Part shown: in pieces, positions 36,782-45,686 of the stretch
Layout of the letters: every line of letters begins with the position of its first letter
Position numbering within the stretch: the first letter of the stretch is position 1
Source of the DNA: a virus
Lineage: Duplodnaviria > Caudoviricetes
DNA: 64,000 nt
Reading direction: 5' to 3' (one strand)
Virus record (IMG/VR): IMGVR_UViG_3300047160_001275
Location: 12,250 to 76,249 of that record
Made by a program: the position numbers and the translations under genes
Notes under the pieces: generated by a model
Told to the model about the DNA's origin: nothing
Database searches by the model: none
What the model saw: the letters and a program-made list of their open reading frames with translations, nothing else

Positions 36782-37147
36782 TCACGCGATCATCGCCAAG
36801 GTGACCGCCATCATCCCTTGCGTCACCGTGGCGCGGTTGCCGTTGACGTCTTGGATCGCGGCCTCGTGGTAATAGTTGCCGGGCGGCAGGCTGATCGTGT
36901 CTGCGCTCGCCAAGTGAACGATGAACTGGAGCGGCGACGGCAGGATGGTGATCTGGCCGAGGGCCGTGCTCGCCTTCAGGATCACCTCGCCGCCCGAGGC
37001 GAGGCTGGTCGGCACGGCGAAGTTCTGCTCGAACGCCGCCCAGGTCACCGTCGCGCCGGTAAGCGAGATCTGATCGGTCGGGTCGAGGTTGAAGACGACG
37101 TCCATGTCATCCCCCTGCGGGACGCTGAAGTCCTGAATGGCGGGCAT
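36782..37147 (-). CDS. BppU N-terminal-like adaptor domain protein
   Basis: QGDD...LTGATV...ADTISLPPGNYYHEA. Confidence 0.55.
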   Translation of the reverse strand: MPAIQDFSVPQGDDMDVVFNLDPTDQISLTGATVTWAAFEQNFAVPTSLASGGEVILKASTALGQITILPSPLQFIVHLASADTISLPPGNYYHEAAIQDVNGNRATVTQGMMAVTLAMIA

Positions 37148-37154
37148 TGAAGCC

Positions 37155-38954
37155 TCAGATGGCTGAGATCGATGGCCGGTCGCGATCGGCGCGCAGGCCG
37201 ACGGGGGCGCGTGAGGCGGCGACGAACGCCATGTCGCGGTCGGCGCTGACCGAGATCCGGCGCGCGTTGACGCCCGTGCGGTGCTGAGTCGCGCTGATCA
37301 GATCGGGGGCGATGGCTGCTTCCGCCGCCGCGATCACCCCGCGCCATGTCGCTCTAGGCAAGTCGCTGGCGGAGGCCGCCTCGATCAGAGCCTGATGGTG
37401 GTTGGCGACGGCGGATGGCGCGTCGATGGCGAGAGCGTGCTCGTCGCCGCGCTCCAGCCATACCGGCGGCGGCGGAATGGCGAACAGGTCGATGGCGCGG
37501 GCGGTGTCGGCGACCAGCGCGTTAATGACCCGCTGCGCCGACACCACGTCGCCTGCAACGGACCCCTCGACTACCGATGGGTTGATGGTCCTCGTCGCCA
37601 GCGGAGATCCAGAGGCCGCCGCAAGCTCATTGACCACAACGGCGTGCTTGGCCGCAGTCGTCGGCTGATCGATCGCCGACGCCATCTCGACCAGGGCGGG
37701 ACGCCATGCCGACGGGCTGATTTGCGGATGGTCGATGGCCGCCGCCGCCTCGGCCGCCATGCCCGTGAAACCAGCGATGAGCAGCGAATGGTCGATGGCC
37801 GCCGCCGTCGCGCTCAAGCCCGCCACGCCCTTGAAGCCGCCCGTCGGGTGGTCGATGGCTGAGGCTGGCGCAGTCAGAGCGGCGACGAAGCTCGCCTTGA
37901 GCGATTGCACCGACCCCGCGACCGCCGCCTCGGTGAAGCTGACCGGCCACGTCGGGCCGGTGGGGAGCAGCGCCGCGATCCCTTCCTCGCGTTTGTGCTC
38001 GATCCTGAGCGCCCGCGCCTTGCCCGTGCGTGCGCCGAAGAACTTGGGAGCCTTCTTGTCCTTGCCGGTCTGGCTGCCCTTGCCGGTGGTGGCGGGAGGC
38101 GGCGGCACGTAGACCGGCGGCCCCGACGTCTCGATCAACGCGGCGCCAGGCAGGAACGAGTTGACCGACTGGGTCTGGCTGAGGGCGACGATCCCGAAGC
38201 TCGGAGCGCCCGGCGTCACCACGCTCTGGCTCTTGGACGGCGCTCCGACCACGTTGACCGAAGCCCACACTTCGACCGCGCACTGGGTCACCTGCATTCG
38301 CGGCGGTTGTGGCGCTGCCCAGATCTCGGTCGCCGCCTGGGTCACCTGCATCTGGGTCGGCGGGGGGACAATCGAGTCCCATGACGAAAAGCCGCTTGGA
38401 ACCGGGTAGGCGAACGCCGTCGCGCCGAAGTTCGCTACGACTGCGCTGCCGGAAAGGAAGGAAGCAAAAAACGGATATGCGCTCTGCCCACTGAAACCTG
38501 CGCCAGAAAGGCTTATGCCCCCGGTGTTGGTCGCCGGATTAGCGGCGCCCGAATTATTCCAGTTGCCGCCGTTGATCCGCGCCCAGAAGGTCAGGTTGAC
38601 GAGATCGACGGCGATGGAGACGACTTGCCCCGTAGCGAGAGTTACGCTCACAGCCCCAACGATGGCGTTGTTGCTGACGATGTTGCTGGGCGGCTGAACT
38701 AAGCAAGAATGCAGGCAATTCTGGGTGTTCAGGATTTGGGCCGCCGTTGCGACGCCAATGTCGATGATCGCGCCGCCGCTGCCGCCACTGCCAAGCGTCA
38801 AAGTCGCTTCAAAATAATATTTGCCCGCAGCGGCGGCAGCGGCGGGGTAGCCCCGAACGCCGCTGTCGGTCGAACTCGACATCGTCGCTGTCAGGTTGAA
38901 GTTGCTGAGAACGACACCGCCAGATAAATCAGCCGAGTTCCAAGTCGCAGTCAC
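37155..38954 (-). CDS. SPRY-like domain plus repeat-shaft fibre protein
   Basis: WNSADLSGGVVLSNFNLTA...GKYYFEA; C-terminal AxAIDHP repeats. Confidence 0.65.
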   Translation of the reverse strand: MTATWNSADLSGGVVLSNFNLTATMSSSTDSGVRGYPAAAAAAGKYYFEATLTLGSGGSGGAIIDIGVATAAQILNTQNCLHSCLVQPPSNIVSNNAIVGAVSVTLATGQVVSIAVDLVNLTFWARINGGNWNNSGAANPATNTGGISLSGAGFSGQSAYPFFASFLSGSAVVANFGATAFAYPVPSGFSSWDSIVPPPTQMQVTQAATEIWAAPQPPRMQVTQCAVEVWASVNVVGAPSKSQSVVTPGAPSFGIVALSQTQSVNSFLPGAALIETSGPPVYVPPPPATTGKGSQTGKDKKAPKFFGARTGKARALRIEHKREEGIAALLPTGPTWPVSFTEAAVAGSVQSLKASFVAALTAPASAIDHPTGGFKGVAGLSATAAAIDHSLLIAGFTGMAAEAAAAIDHPQISPSAWRPALVEMASAIDQPTTAAKHAVVVNELAAASGSPLATRTINPSVVEGSVAGDVVSAQRVINALVADTARAIDLFAIPPPPVWLERGDEHALAIDAPSAVANHHQALIEAASASDLPRATWRGVIAAAEAAIAPDLISATQHRTGVNARRISVSADRDMAFVAASRAPVGLRADRDRPSISAI

Positions 38955-40477
38955 GTCAACACCTTAGGCCCGACCTGGAGGCTATTGACTGCGGACGCGG
39001 TCCACCCCGCCCCAGTGTTCGGGTCGTTAAGATAAGCGCCCCACACCCACCCAAAGGAGGTGTTCAACAAAGTCTGCCCGTTGGGGGCCTGGACTGTCGT
39101 CGCGCTGCTCTTCAATTGCACCGTTCCAGTGCGCGAGCCCGCATCGCCCTTCTGCGCGAACCCACGGGCAGTGACGCCAATAATGGAGGCGGGTGTGAAC
39201 CCTAGCGGGGCGACGCCATAGAAGTCGGCGTCGCCGGGGGTCGAGTCGTAAACAAGAGTCGTCGCGCCGTCTTGCTGCGGCTCGCTGCAAAGAAAGGCGT
39301 TTAACGGCGTGAGCATGGCCGCAAGCTCGCTGCCGAGCACGTTTGGGGCTTGCAGAATCGCGCTGGCCCCTGTCGATGGCAACGACCCGGTGTACGTGTA
39401 GCTCTGGCGATAAACGCCGGGGTCAGTGGCGGCGCCGTAGACGCTGATCGACACGTTCCCGTTGAGCGCGACAAAGTATTTCGTCCCCACCGTGATCGTC
39501 GGCGGGGTCGCGAACGTGAAGATGTTGTTGCCGATAATCCCGTTCACGAGGACCGAGGTCGTGCCGTTCGTGAGGAGATTGCCCGGCCCGCCGCCAGTCC
39601 CGGTCGCATCATAAAGGCCGCAAACCGCATTTCCCGTGAAACCGGCGGACGAGCGGATGATGATCGATTGGACGGGGCCGAAGATCCCGACCGGCGCGGT
39701 GAAGGGCATGAATTGAAGGACGTTCCCGGCCGGGCCGGTCGCATTGCTTTGCGGCGGGGTCAACTGGAACTGGAGCGAAGACGGAGACTTGCTGAATTGC
39801 ACGCCCTGATCGCTAACCGGCATCCGCGTGTAACAGCGGATGTCGCCCACCCATGGAACCGAGGACGGATCGGAGCGCCAGAGAAGGTCGTCCATCACTG
39901 GGCCGACGGGGAAGCCGTTGTAGCCAACCACAAGCTTACTGGCGTAATTGTTCGTGCTGCCAGCCCGCGTGTTCAATCCGGTCGCCGAAAAGCTGTTGGC
40001 GGTCGCGCCGTTGGTCCTAACCGCGAACGAACCCGTGGCGTTATTGACAACCACCTCGAACTCGAACGCGTACCACGTGCTGGCTATCGGGATCGCGTTG
40101 GCGTAAGTCGCCAGCGTCGCGCCGCCGATGCTGCCGGATTGGAGCAGCACCGTGCCGTCCAGCCGAAAGTAGACCGTGCATTGGTTGGTCGCGCCGTCGG
40201 CGAAGGTAAAGTATGGCCCGGCGCCGGTGTTCCCGTAATTCTGGTTTATGTTGATGGCGACGACAACGTGGTGAACCGCATCGTTGGCTCCGCTTGATTT
40301 TGTGAAGCATGTCCCTCCGTTGTTGCCAAAGTACCAACCCCGCCCGACGCCAAACCGCGTCGTGGCGCTAACACCTCCGTTGTTGCCGCCTGCGCTTCCT
40401 GAGTCCCAGTATGCTGCGGCGGCGTCCGCAGTCGCCGCATAAAGGTCGAATCCGTCCCCGAACATCTGCATGGTCAA
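38951..40477 (-). CDS. virion fibre/lectin-like protein
   Basis: MFGDGFDLY...WYAFEFEV...DDLLW...WVGDIRC; Ser/Thr/Gly-rich. Confidence 0.6.
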   Translation of the reverse strand: MTMQMFGDGFDLYAATADAAAAYWDSGSAGGNNGGVSATTRFGVGRGWYFGNNGGTCFTKSSGANDAVHHVVVAININQNYGNTGAGPYFTFADGATNQCTVYFRLDGTVLLQSGSIGGATLATYANAIPIASTWYAFEFEVVVNNATGSFAVRTNGATANSFSATGLNTRAGSTNNYASKLVVGYNGFPVGPVMDDLLWRSDPSSVPWVGDIRCYTRMPVSDQGVQFSKSPSSLQFQLTPPQSNATGPAGNVLQFMPFTAPVGIFGPVQSIIIRSSAGFTGNAVCGLYDATGTGGGPGNLLTNGTTSVLVNGIIGNNIFTFATPPTITVGTKYFVALNGNVSISVYGAATDPGVYRQSYTYTGSLPSTGASAILQAPNVLGSELAAMLTPLNAFLCSEPQQDGATTLVYDSTPGDADFYGVAPLGFTPASIIGVTARGFAQKGDAGSRTGTVQLKSSATTVQAPNGQTLLNTSFGWVWGAYLNDPNTGAGWTASAVNSLQVGPKVLT

Positions 40478-40483
40478 CCAAAC

Positions 40484-42421
40484 CTAATAGATTCCTGGGT
40501 CGAGGTAATAAACCATCGAGGGCCGGGAAAATTTCGGGTAACAATAGAGATACCCGGCCAGTCCAGGCTGCGGCGACGACAGGGTGAGCGTCATCGAAAA
40601 CCGGCAGCCCGCCCTGAAGGTCGCGGCGCCGTCGGTCACCGGGACGCCGTCGACCGCCGACGCATAGCCCGGCTCGCTCGACGCGCTGGTCCCCGCCGTG
40701 ATGCAGAAGAACACGCGCCCCGGATTGCTCGCCGTCTTGATGACCTGCCCCACGGTGTAGGCGGTCGAGTTGGCCCTCAGCGGCGCGCCCGTGTCCCAGG
40801 CCGAGCCGTCGGCGGGCAGGGCCGTTGGCGACGCCAGCGACAGCACCCCGCCGCGCGCGTAGGAGGATTGCGGGGTCGAGGACGAGCCGAGGTACTCGAC
40901 GTCGAACCACGCCTCGGCGTTGGTCGGCACCCGCGTGTCGTTGGCCACGCCGAAGATCGAGACGTTGCGGTTGGCCCCAGTGACCGTGTTCCAGACCGCC
41001 AGCGGGATGGCGTTGTAGACAGACATCCAGTTGACGGCGTTGGCGCTGGTGGCGACCTGATGCGAAACCGCGACCCCGCCGTCGGCCGCCCCGCCCGTGC
41101 GGACGACCGTGGTCGACGTCGTCTCTGTGGCGAGACTGGTGTGCCGTTCGTTGCGGTAGGCGGCGCCGCCGCTGTCGCAGCGGTTGAGGTCGATCACCAG
41201 ACTGTCGGGCATAGCGGAGTCGCCGCCCCGATAGACGCTGGCCATGGTGGATGAGAGCTTGCAATCCTTGAACACGATGTAGCCAAAGGGCACGCTGGCG
41301 TCGTAGTTGTTCGGCCCGACCAAAGGGGTGCTGCTGACCACGTTGGTGCTGAGGTCACAGCCCTCGATGACGGCGTTCACCTGCTGACTGCTGCCGCCGA
41401 ATATCTCGTTGGCGGAGCCGCCGATTGATCCGGTGATCGAACACCCCTCCAGCCTGACCGAGCCGAACAGCGTGAACACGTGCCCCGCATTGCCCAAACA
41501 CTGCAAGCTGCAATTCCTGAACGTGATCAACCCGCCGCAATTGTTCTGGTCGCCGAGGCCGTAATTGTATGGATTCGTGTTGGCGGAGCCCGATCCAACG
41601 ACACACTGCTCAAATATGACGCGCGATCCCTGCGCGTTCCCGACCGACCCGTTGTTTCCGCCGCAATATGCGGTCACCCCGTAAACGTAACTGTTAAACG
41701 CTCCGGTTGCTGTGCTGTACCAAAACGGCGTCCCATTGTTGGAATAAAATGTCGCCCCCGGTTTCAAATTGGCGGACGTCAATGGGAACGCCGCCGTATG
41801 ATCGACAGAGAGCAGTCGCGTGGTTAGCCCATACGCCCAAGTCGTGGTCCAAGGCCCTTCGTTATGATCGTCGCCGACAAATATCGTTACGCCATTATTT
41901 CGCGTCCAAGTGAACTGGAAAACATTGTTCAAGCTATTGATCGGAGCCGCCCAGCGCGCCGTGAAAGCGCTGATCGCGCCGACGCAGGTCCAGACCGCGC
42001 TGGCGTCTGTCGTCGTCGATCCGGCGGTCGTGTTCCAGGCTGGCTCGGCCCCCGTGCCGCCAGCCCCGGCTGTGGTGCAGATGAAATAAGATGTCGCCGC
42101 GACGTTCTTGATGAACTGCCCGAGCGCCGGGGTCTGGCTCGCCAGCCAGGAGTTGCTGTTGGCGCTGTCGCCGTTCGGCGCAGGCTGAGCCGAGCATTCC
42201 TGCCACACCGGGCCACCCGTCTCGGTGGTCTTTGCTCCCTGCCCCGTGCTCCAAGTCGGCTCAGTCGAGAGCGACGTTCCGGCCGTGATGCAGATGTTGC
42301 AGCGGTTCGACGCAGATCCGCGAACAATCTGCCCGACCGTATAGGCGTGAGTCGCCGCCCATGCCGCGACCGCAGTGTAGGCGACCGAATCGATGTAGAT
42401 CGCGCTTTCGGTGTAAGCCAC
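40484..42421 (-). CDS. virion fibre protein with repeated carbohydrate-binding-like modules
   Basis: WAATHAYTVGQIV / WLASQTPALGQFI / RANSTAYTVGQVI followed by C.TAGTS...EP...TxD modules; lower-GC central domain. Confidence 0.65.
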   Translation of the reverse strand: MAYTESAIYIDSVAYTAVAAWAATHAYTVGQIVRGSASNRCNICITAGTSLSTEPTWSTGQGAKTTETGGPVWQECSAQPAPNGDSANSNSWLASQTPALGQFIKNVAATSYFICTTAGAGGTGAEPAWNTTAGSTTTDASAVWTCVGAISAFTARWAAPINSLNNVFQFTWTRNNGVTIFVGDDHNEGPWTTTWAYGLTTRLLSVDHTAAFPLTSANLKPGATFYSNNGTPFWYSTATGAFNSYVYGVTAYCGGNNGSVGNAQGSRVIFEQCVVGSGSANTNPYNYGLGDQNNCGGLITFRNCSLQCLGNAGHVFTLFGSVRLEGCSITGSIGGSANEIFGGSSQQVNAVIEGCDLSTNVVSSTPLVGPNNYDASVPFGYIVFKDCKLSSTMASVYRGGDSAMPDSLVIDLNRCDSGGAAYRNERHTSLATETTSTTVVRTGGAADGGVAVSHQVATSANAVNWMSVYNAIPLAVWNTVTGANRNVSIFGVANDTRVPTNAEAWFDVEYLGSSSTPQSSYARGGVLSLASPTALPADGSAWDTGAPLRANSTAYTVGQVIKTASNPGRVFFCITAGTSASSEPGYASAVDGVPVTDGAATFRAGCRFSMTLTLSSPQPGLAGYLYCYPKFSRPSMVYYLDPGIY

Positions 42422-42423
42422 GG

Positions 42424-42894
42424 CTAGCCGCCGATTTCCTCGAACGTCACCCCGCCGCTGAGATGCACAGCGGGCGAGAAGGCGGTCAGAAGCTCGAACA
42501 CGTAAGCCGCGCCCGCCGGGATGACGTAAGGCTCGTCCAGGGCGTCGTCATAGCCGTTGTAGAGATGCGCCCCGTCCTCCCACAGGATCACCGCCGTCGC
42601 CGAGGTGGTCGCCTTGGCGGTCGAGTTGCAGCGAATGGTGGCGGTGGTCAGCGGATCGCCGGGGTCGAGCGATCCGACCTGCGGCGTCGAGCCGCCGCTG
42701 CCATGAGTCACCGTGGCGGGCAGGTAGCGTTCCCTGAGCGCGAACATCTGCGCCGCCGGGATGTTGTTGTCGGTGCAGCCCACCCACCGATGCAACACCC
42801 TGATCATCCTGGGCGCGACCGGCGAGATCTCGACGAGGTCCGTGAAGGTCGAGCAGGCGATCTGTTCGAACGTCACGCGGCCGATGCGGCTCAT
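42424..42894 (-). CDS. hypothetical virion protein
   Basis: 156-aa ORF in the operon. Confidence 0.6.
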   Translation of the reverse strand: MSRIGRVTFEQIACSTFTDLVEISPVAPRMIRVLHRWVGCTDNNIPAAQMFALRERYLPATVTHGSGGSTPQVGSLDPGDPLTTATIRCNSTAKATTSATAVILWEDGAHLYNGYDDALDEPYVIPAGAAYVFELLTAFSPAVHLSGGVTFEEIGG

Positions 42895-42974
42895 GAGCGA
42901 TAAATCCTGTTATGGATGATGTTCTGGATTGTCCGATTAGTCAGCGGTAAGTAATTGATATTATAAATAAAATT

Positions 42975-43571
42975 TCACATGCTTGTTGAATAACTGACAG
43001 TTACGGTGTCACCCGAGCCGACGGTCTTCGCCCCGCCGGAGAAGGTGCCCGCGCTCCACAGCACGCCAGCGGCGCTGTCCTTGGTCGCGGTCGCCCCGGT
43101 GCCGTAAAGGACGAAAGCCCCCTCCAGCGTGCCCGCGCCGGTCATCGAGTAGGAGAGGTTCGAAGACAGCGCGATGGCCCCGCCCGAGGCCGCCGCCCAG
43201 GCGCAGGTCTGCCGGTTGCCCGAATACGGCGGCGCGTTGGTCCCGCCCGCCTCCTTCCATTGATTGGTGCCGTTGATCTGCGCCCCGGTGTCGCTGGCCT
43301 GGGTCTGGGTCCAGCCGACCGACGAGATCAGCCCCATGAACGGGCCGATGACGGTGTAGGCGGTCCCGGCCAGGAAGGTGCCGAACGCGAGGTTCTTGCC
43401 TTCCGTACAGACCACGTTCGAGATCTCCTCGAACCATTTGATCGCGCCGTCAGGGCCATGGCACCAGATCTTATAGACGCCACCGGCGTGCGCCTGCTCC
43501 TCCATTCCCGCGCGACGCGCGACCGTCGCGCCCACCGCGTCAGCGGCGGCGGCCTTGGCTTTCATGTTCAT
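42975..43571 (-). CDS. hypothetical virion structural protein
   Basis: KWFEEISNVVCTEGKN...YSGNRQT...GAFVL...LWSAGTF...VSYS pattern common in phage structural genes. Confidence 0.65.
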   Translation of the reverse strand: MNMKAKAAAADAVGATVARRAGMEEQAHAGGVYKIWCHGPDGAIKWFEEISNVVCTEGKNLAFGTFLAGTAYTVIGPFMGLISSVGWTQTQASDTGAQINGTNQWKEAGGTNAPPYSGNRQTCAWAAASGGAIALSSNLSYSMTGAGTLEGAFVLYGTGATATKDSAAGVLWSAGTFSGGAKTVGSGDTVTVSYSTSM

Positions 43572-43586
43572 GTCCTTCGATGAGTC

Positions 43587-43647
43587 GCGGATCGTCCCGC
43601 TTGGGGCCGTTACCGGCGCGTTTACGGGCTTAGGCGGGACGACCCGC
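43587..43647. other. intergenic stem-loop
   Basis: GCGG-A-TCGTCCCGC ... GCGGGACGA-C-CCGC inverted repeat between capsid-proximal genes. Confidence 0.45.
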
Positions 43648-43679
43648 TTCTTGGCTGGTCATGCCAAGCCCGGTGGTTC

Positions 43680-44006
43680 TCAGCGCGGCGAGCGCTTGAC
43701 GTGGCCGTGCGGCTCTGGCGCAGGCTCAGGAGCAGCGTCGGCAGGAGGGCTGACGAATGGGCGCAGCGGAGCGAACTCCGACTCGAACTCGCCCTCGAAC
43801 GGCCCCTTGTCCGTATATCGGACCTCTTGACCTTCGGCCGCCTTCGCCGCGCCCTTGAGCAGGAAAGCGAGCAGCGGCCGGGGGAGCACGATCTCCTTCG
43901 TCTCGCCCGGCCCGATGCGGTACTGCTCCATGCCGTCAGGGCCGCCGTGGATGACGCGCGGCGCGGGTGTGACGTTGGCGACTTCGACTCTGACCAAATC
44001 TGGCAC
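43680..44006 (-). CDS. small capsid-associated protein downstream of the major capsid gene
   Basis: VEVANVTPAPRVIHGG...RIGPGETKEIVLP, Pro-rich tail; synteny. Confidence 0.65.
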   Translation of the reverse strand: MPDLVRVEVANVTPAPRVIHGGPDGMEQYRIGPGETKEIVLPRPLLAFLLKGAAKAAEGQEVRYTDKGPFEGEFESEFAPLRPFVSPPADAAPEPAPEPHGHVKRSPR

Positions 44007-44016
44007 ACGCTCCTCC

Positions 44017-44961
44017 TTAGATGCCGTCAGTGTAACAGAACGCGCCAGGCCGCCGGATCTCGGTCGAGCCGATCCTGAACACGCCGGGGATGTCGAACGT
44101 CATCGGCCCCGTCTGCCAGACCGAGAAGAACCGATGCGGCATCGGGATGTGCAGCTTCACGATCTGCGGGTCTCTCCGATAGGTCACCATTCTCGCGGTG
44201 CCGCCGATCCCCATCGTGTCAAGGTTGATGGTGGCCAGGATGGTGAGGTCTTGGCCGGTGGTTTGCTTGTAGAGGTTGTACTTCTGCAAGTACTCCAGCG
44301 CGTTGCCATAGGTGTTAGGCACGCGGGTGTTGGCCAGAAGCTGGAGGTTGGCGATCGGCAGCAGCACCGTGTCGGCCATCTCGACCGTCAATGACCCCTG
44401 ATAGACCTGGGTCAGAGAGTTCTGGACGTCGGCGATCATCTGATCGGCCGTCTTGTTGACCCACAAGGACGATGAGCCGGTGCCGGTCGCTGGCGCAGTG
44501 ACTTGCTGGACGAGGGCGTTGTTGAACAGGCCGGTGACATTCTTGCGCTTGTCGCCGACGCGGGCCATCCGGTCGACGAACTCCTCATAGGCGCGTCTGG
44601 CCGCCGCCGCCCTTTCGGTCGACAAGTTGAGGTTGGGGATCATCATCGCCTGCCCCAGTTCCTCAAGCGTATAGCGGTAGCCGATCGCCGCCATCTCGAT
44701 CGATTGCTCGTATTTGTTGCGGTTGATGTCGGCGACCGGCATGGCGGTTGCGTAGCCGTCGTACCAATCGGCGTTGCCGACCTTGTCGACCGAGTAGTAA
44801 GTGACGCTCTTCGCCCATTCGGACGCCGAGCTATCGATCGGGATCAGCCGTGTATAGAGAATATCCGGGTACTGGATGCGATAGACTTCCGGCTCTATGT
44901 GAGACGTTTGAGAAACGAGGAACCCAAACGCTTGTTGGGTGTCGTACATAGGGAATCGCAT
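44017..44961 (-). CDS. major capsid protein (DUF2184 / encapsulin-like HK97 fold)
   Basis: FLVSQTSHIEPEVY...YPDILY.RLIPI...IGYRYTLEELGQA...GDKRKNVTGLFNN. Confidence 0.9.
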   Translation of the reverse strand: MRFPMYDTQQAFGFLVSQTSHIEPEVYRIQYPDILYTRLIPIDSSASEWAKSVTYYSVDKVGNADWYDGYATAMPVADINRNKYEQSIEMAAIGYRYTLEELGQAMMIPNLNLSTERAAAARRAYEEFVDRMARVGDKRKNVTGLFNNALVQQVTAPATGTGSSSLWVNKTADQMIADVQNSLTQVYQGSLTVEMADTVLLPIANLQLLANTRVPNTYGNALEYLQKYNLYKQTTGQDLTILATINLDTMGIGGTARMVTYRRDPQIVKLHIPMPHRFFSVWQTGPMTFDIPGVFRIGSTEIRRPGAFCYTDGI

Positions 44962-45069
44962 AGCTGTCTCCTCGCCCGCCGTTGCGCCATGCGACGTGCC
45001 TAGTCTTGAGATTTAGTTGTGGGGAGGAAGAGAAGCCCGCTTAGACCATCGCGGACGTAGTACGAACGA

Positions 45070-45606
45070 TCAGGCCATCGAGGTCAGACGAATGACCGCC
45101 AGACCGTTGAAGTTGATTTGCGGCTGCGACGAGTTCGGCAACGAGGTCATCCAGATCGAGTCCTCGATCAGCACCGCATTGGCGATGCCAGAGCCGCCAA
45201 GCTGGCCGGTGACCGAGTTGAAGTAGGCCGGGTTGCCCGACGCCACATTGCCGAGCGGCTGGACCCAGATGTCGCCGAAGGTTTGCACCGGCACCGTGTC
45301 GGTGTCGTAGAACGTGTCGATCTTGCGCGATGCGCCGCTGGGAAGCGGCGTGGTGGCGACCGCCAAGACGCTGGAGGCGTGAGTGATGCCGACGAACGCG
45401 CCGCCAGAGAGTGCGCCCAAGGTGCAGCCCTTGTCGCTCTTGTAGCCCTGACACACGGCCAAGCCGAACCCGACGCCGTTGCCGGTCGGCTCCTCAAGGA
45501 TGCGCGGATCGAGTTGCGGCTGGCCTGCGGTCGAGGCGGTCATGCCGTTCTGGGCCACGGTTTCGTATTGCTGATAAGTCGTTTGGGTGGGTGCCGGGAC
45601 GATCAT
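45070..45606 (-). CDS. capsid decoration/cement protein
   Basis: VGFGLAVCQG...GDIWV; directly upstream of the capsid gene. Confidence 0.7.
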   Translation of the reverse strand: MIVPAPTQTTYQQYETVAQNGMTASTAGQPQLDPRILEEPTGNGVGFGLAVCQGYKSDKGCTLGALSGGAFVGITHASSVLAVATTPLPSGASRKIDTFYDTDTVPVQTFGDIWVQPLGNVASGNPAYFNSVTGQLGGSGIANAVLIEDSIWMTSLPNSSQPQINFNGLAVIRLTSMA

Positions 45607-45686
45607 CGCCCGTCTCCTTTCTCTTCAGGTTGTTAGGGAGATTTCTTGCTTTCGCGCCTCATTTCGAGGAGCGAGAAAGCTGGAAA

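Noticed and set aside
21254-42421. Diversity-generating retroelement acting on duplicated fibre domains
   Set aside because: No reverse transcriptase or Avd gene, and the paralogue differences are not adenine-specific.
42895-42974. Very AT-rich intergenic stretch with TATAAT
   Set aside because: No matching -35 at proper spacing on either strand, so I cannot support a promoter call.
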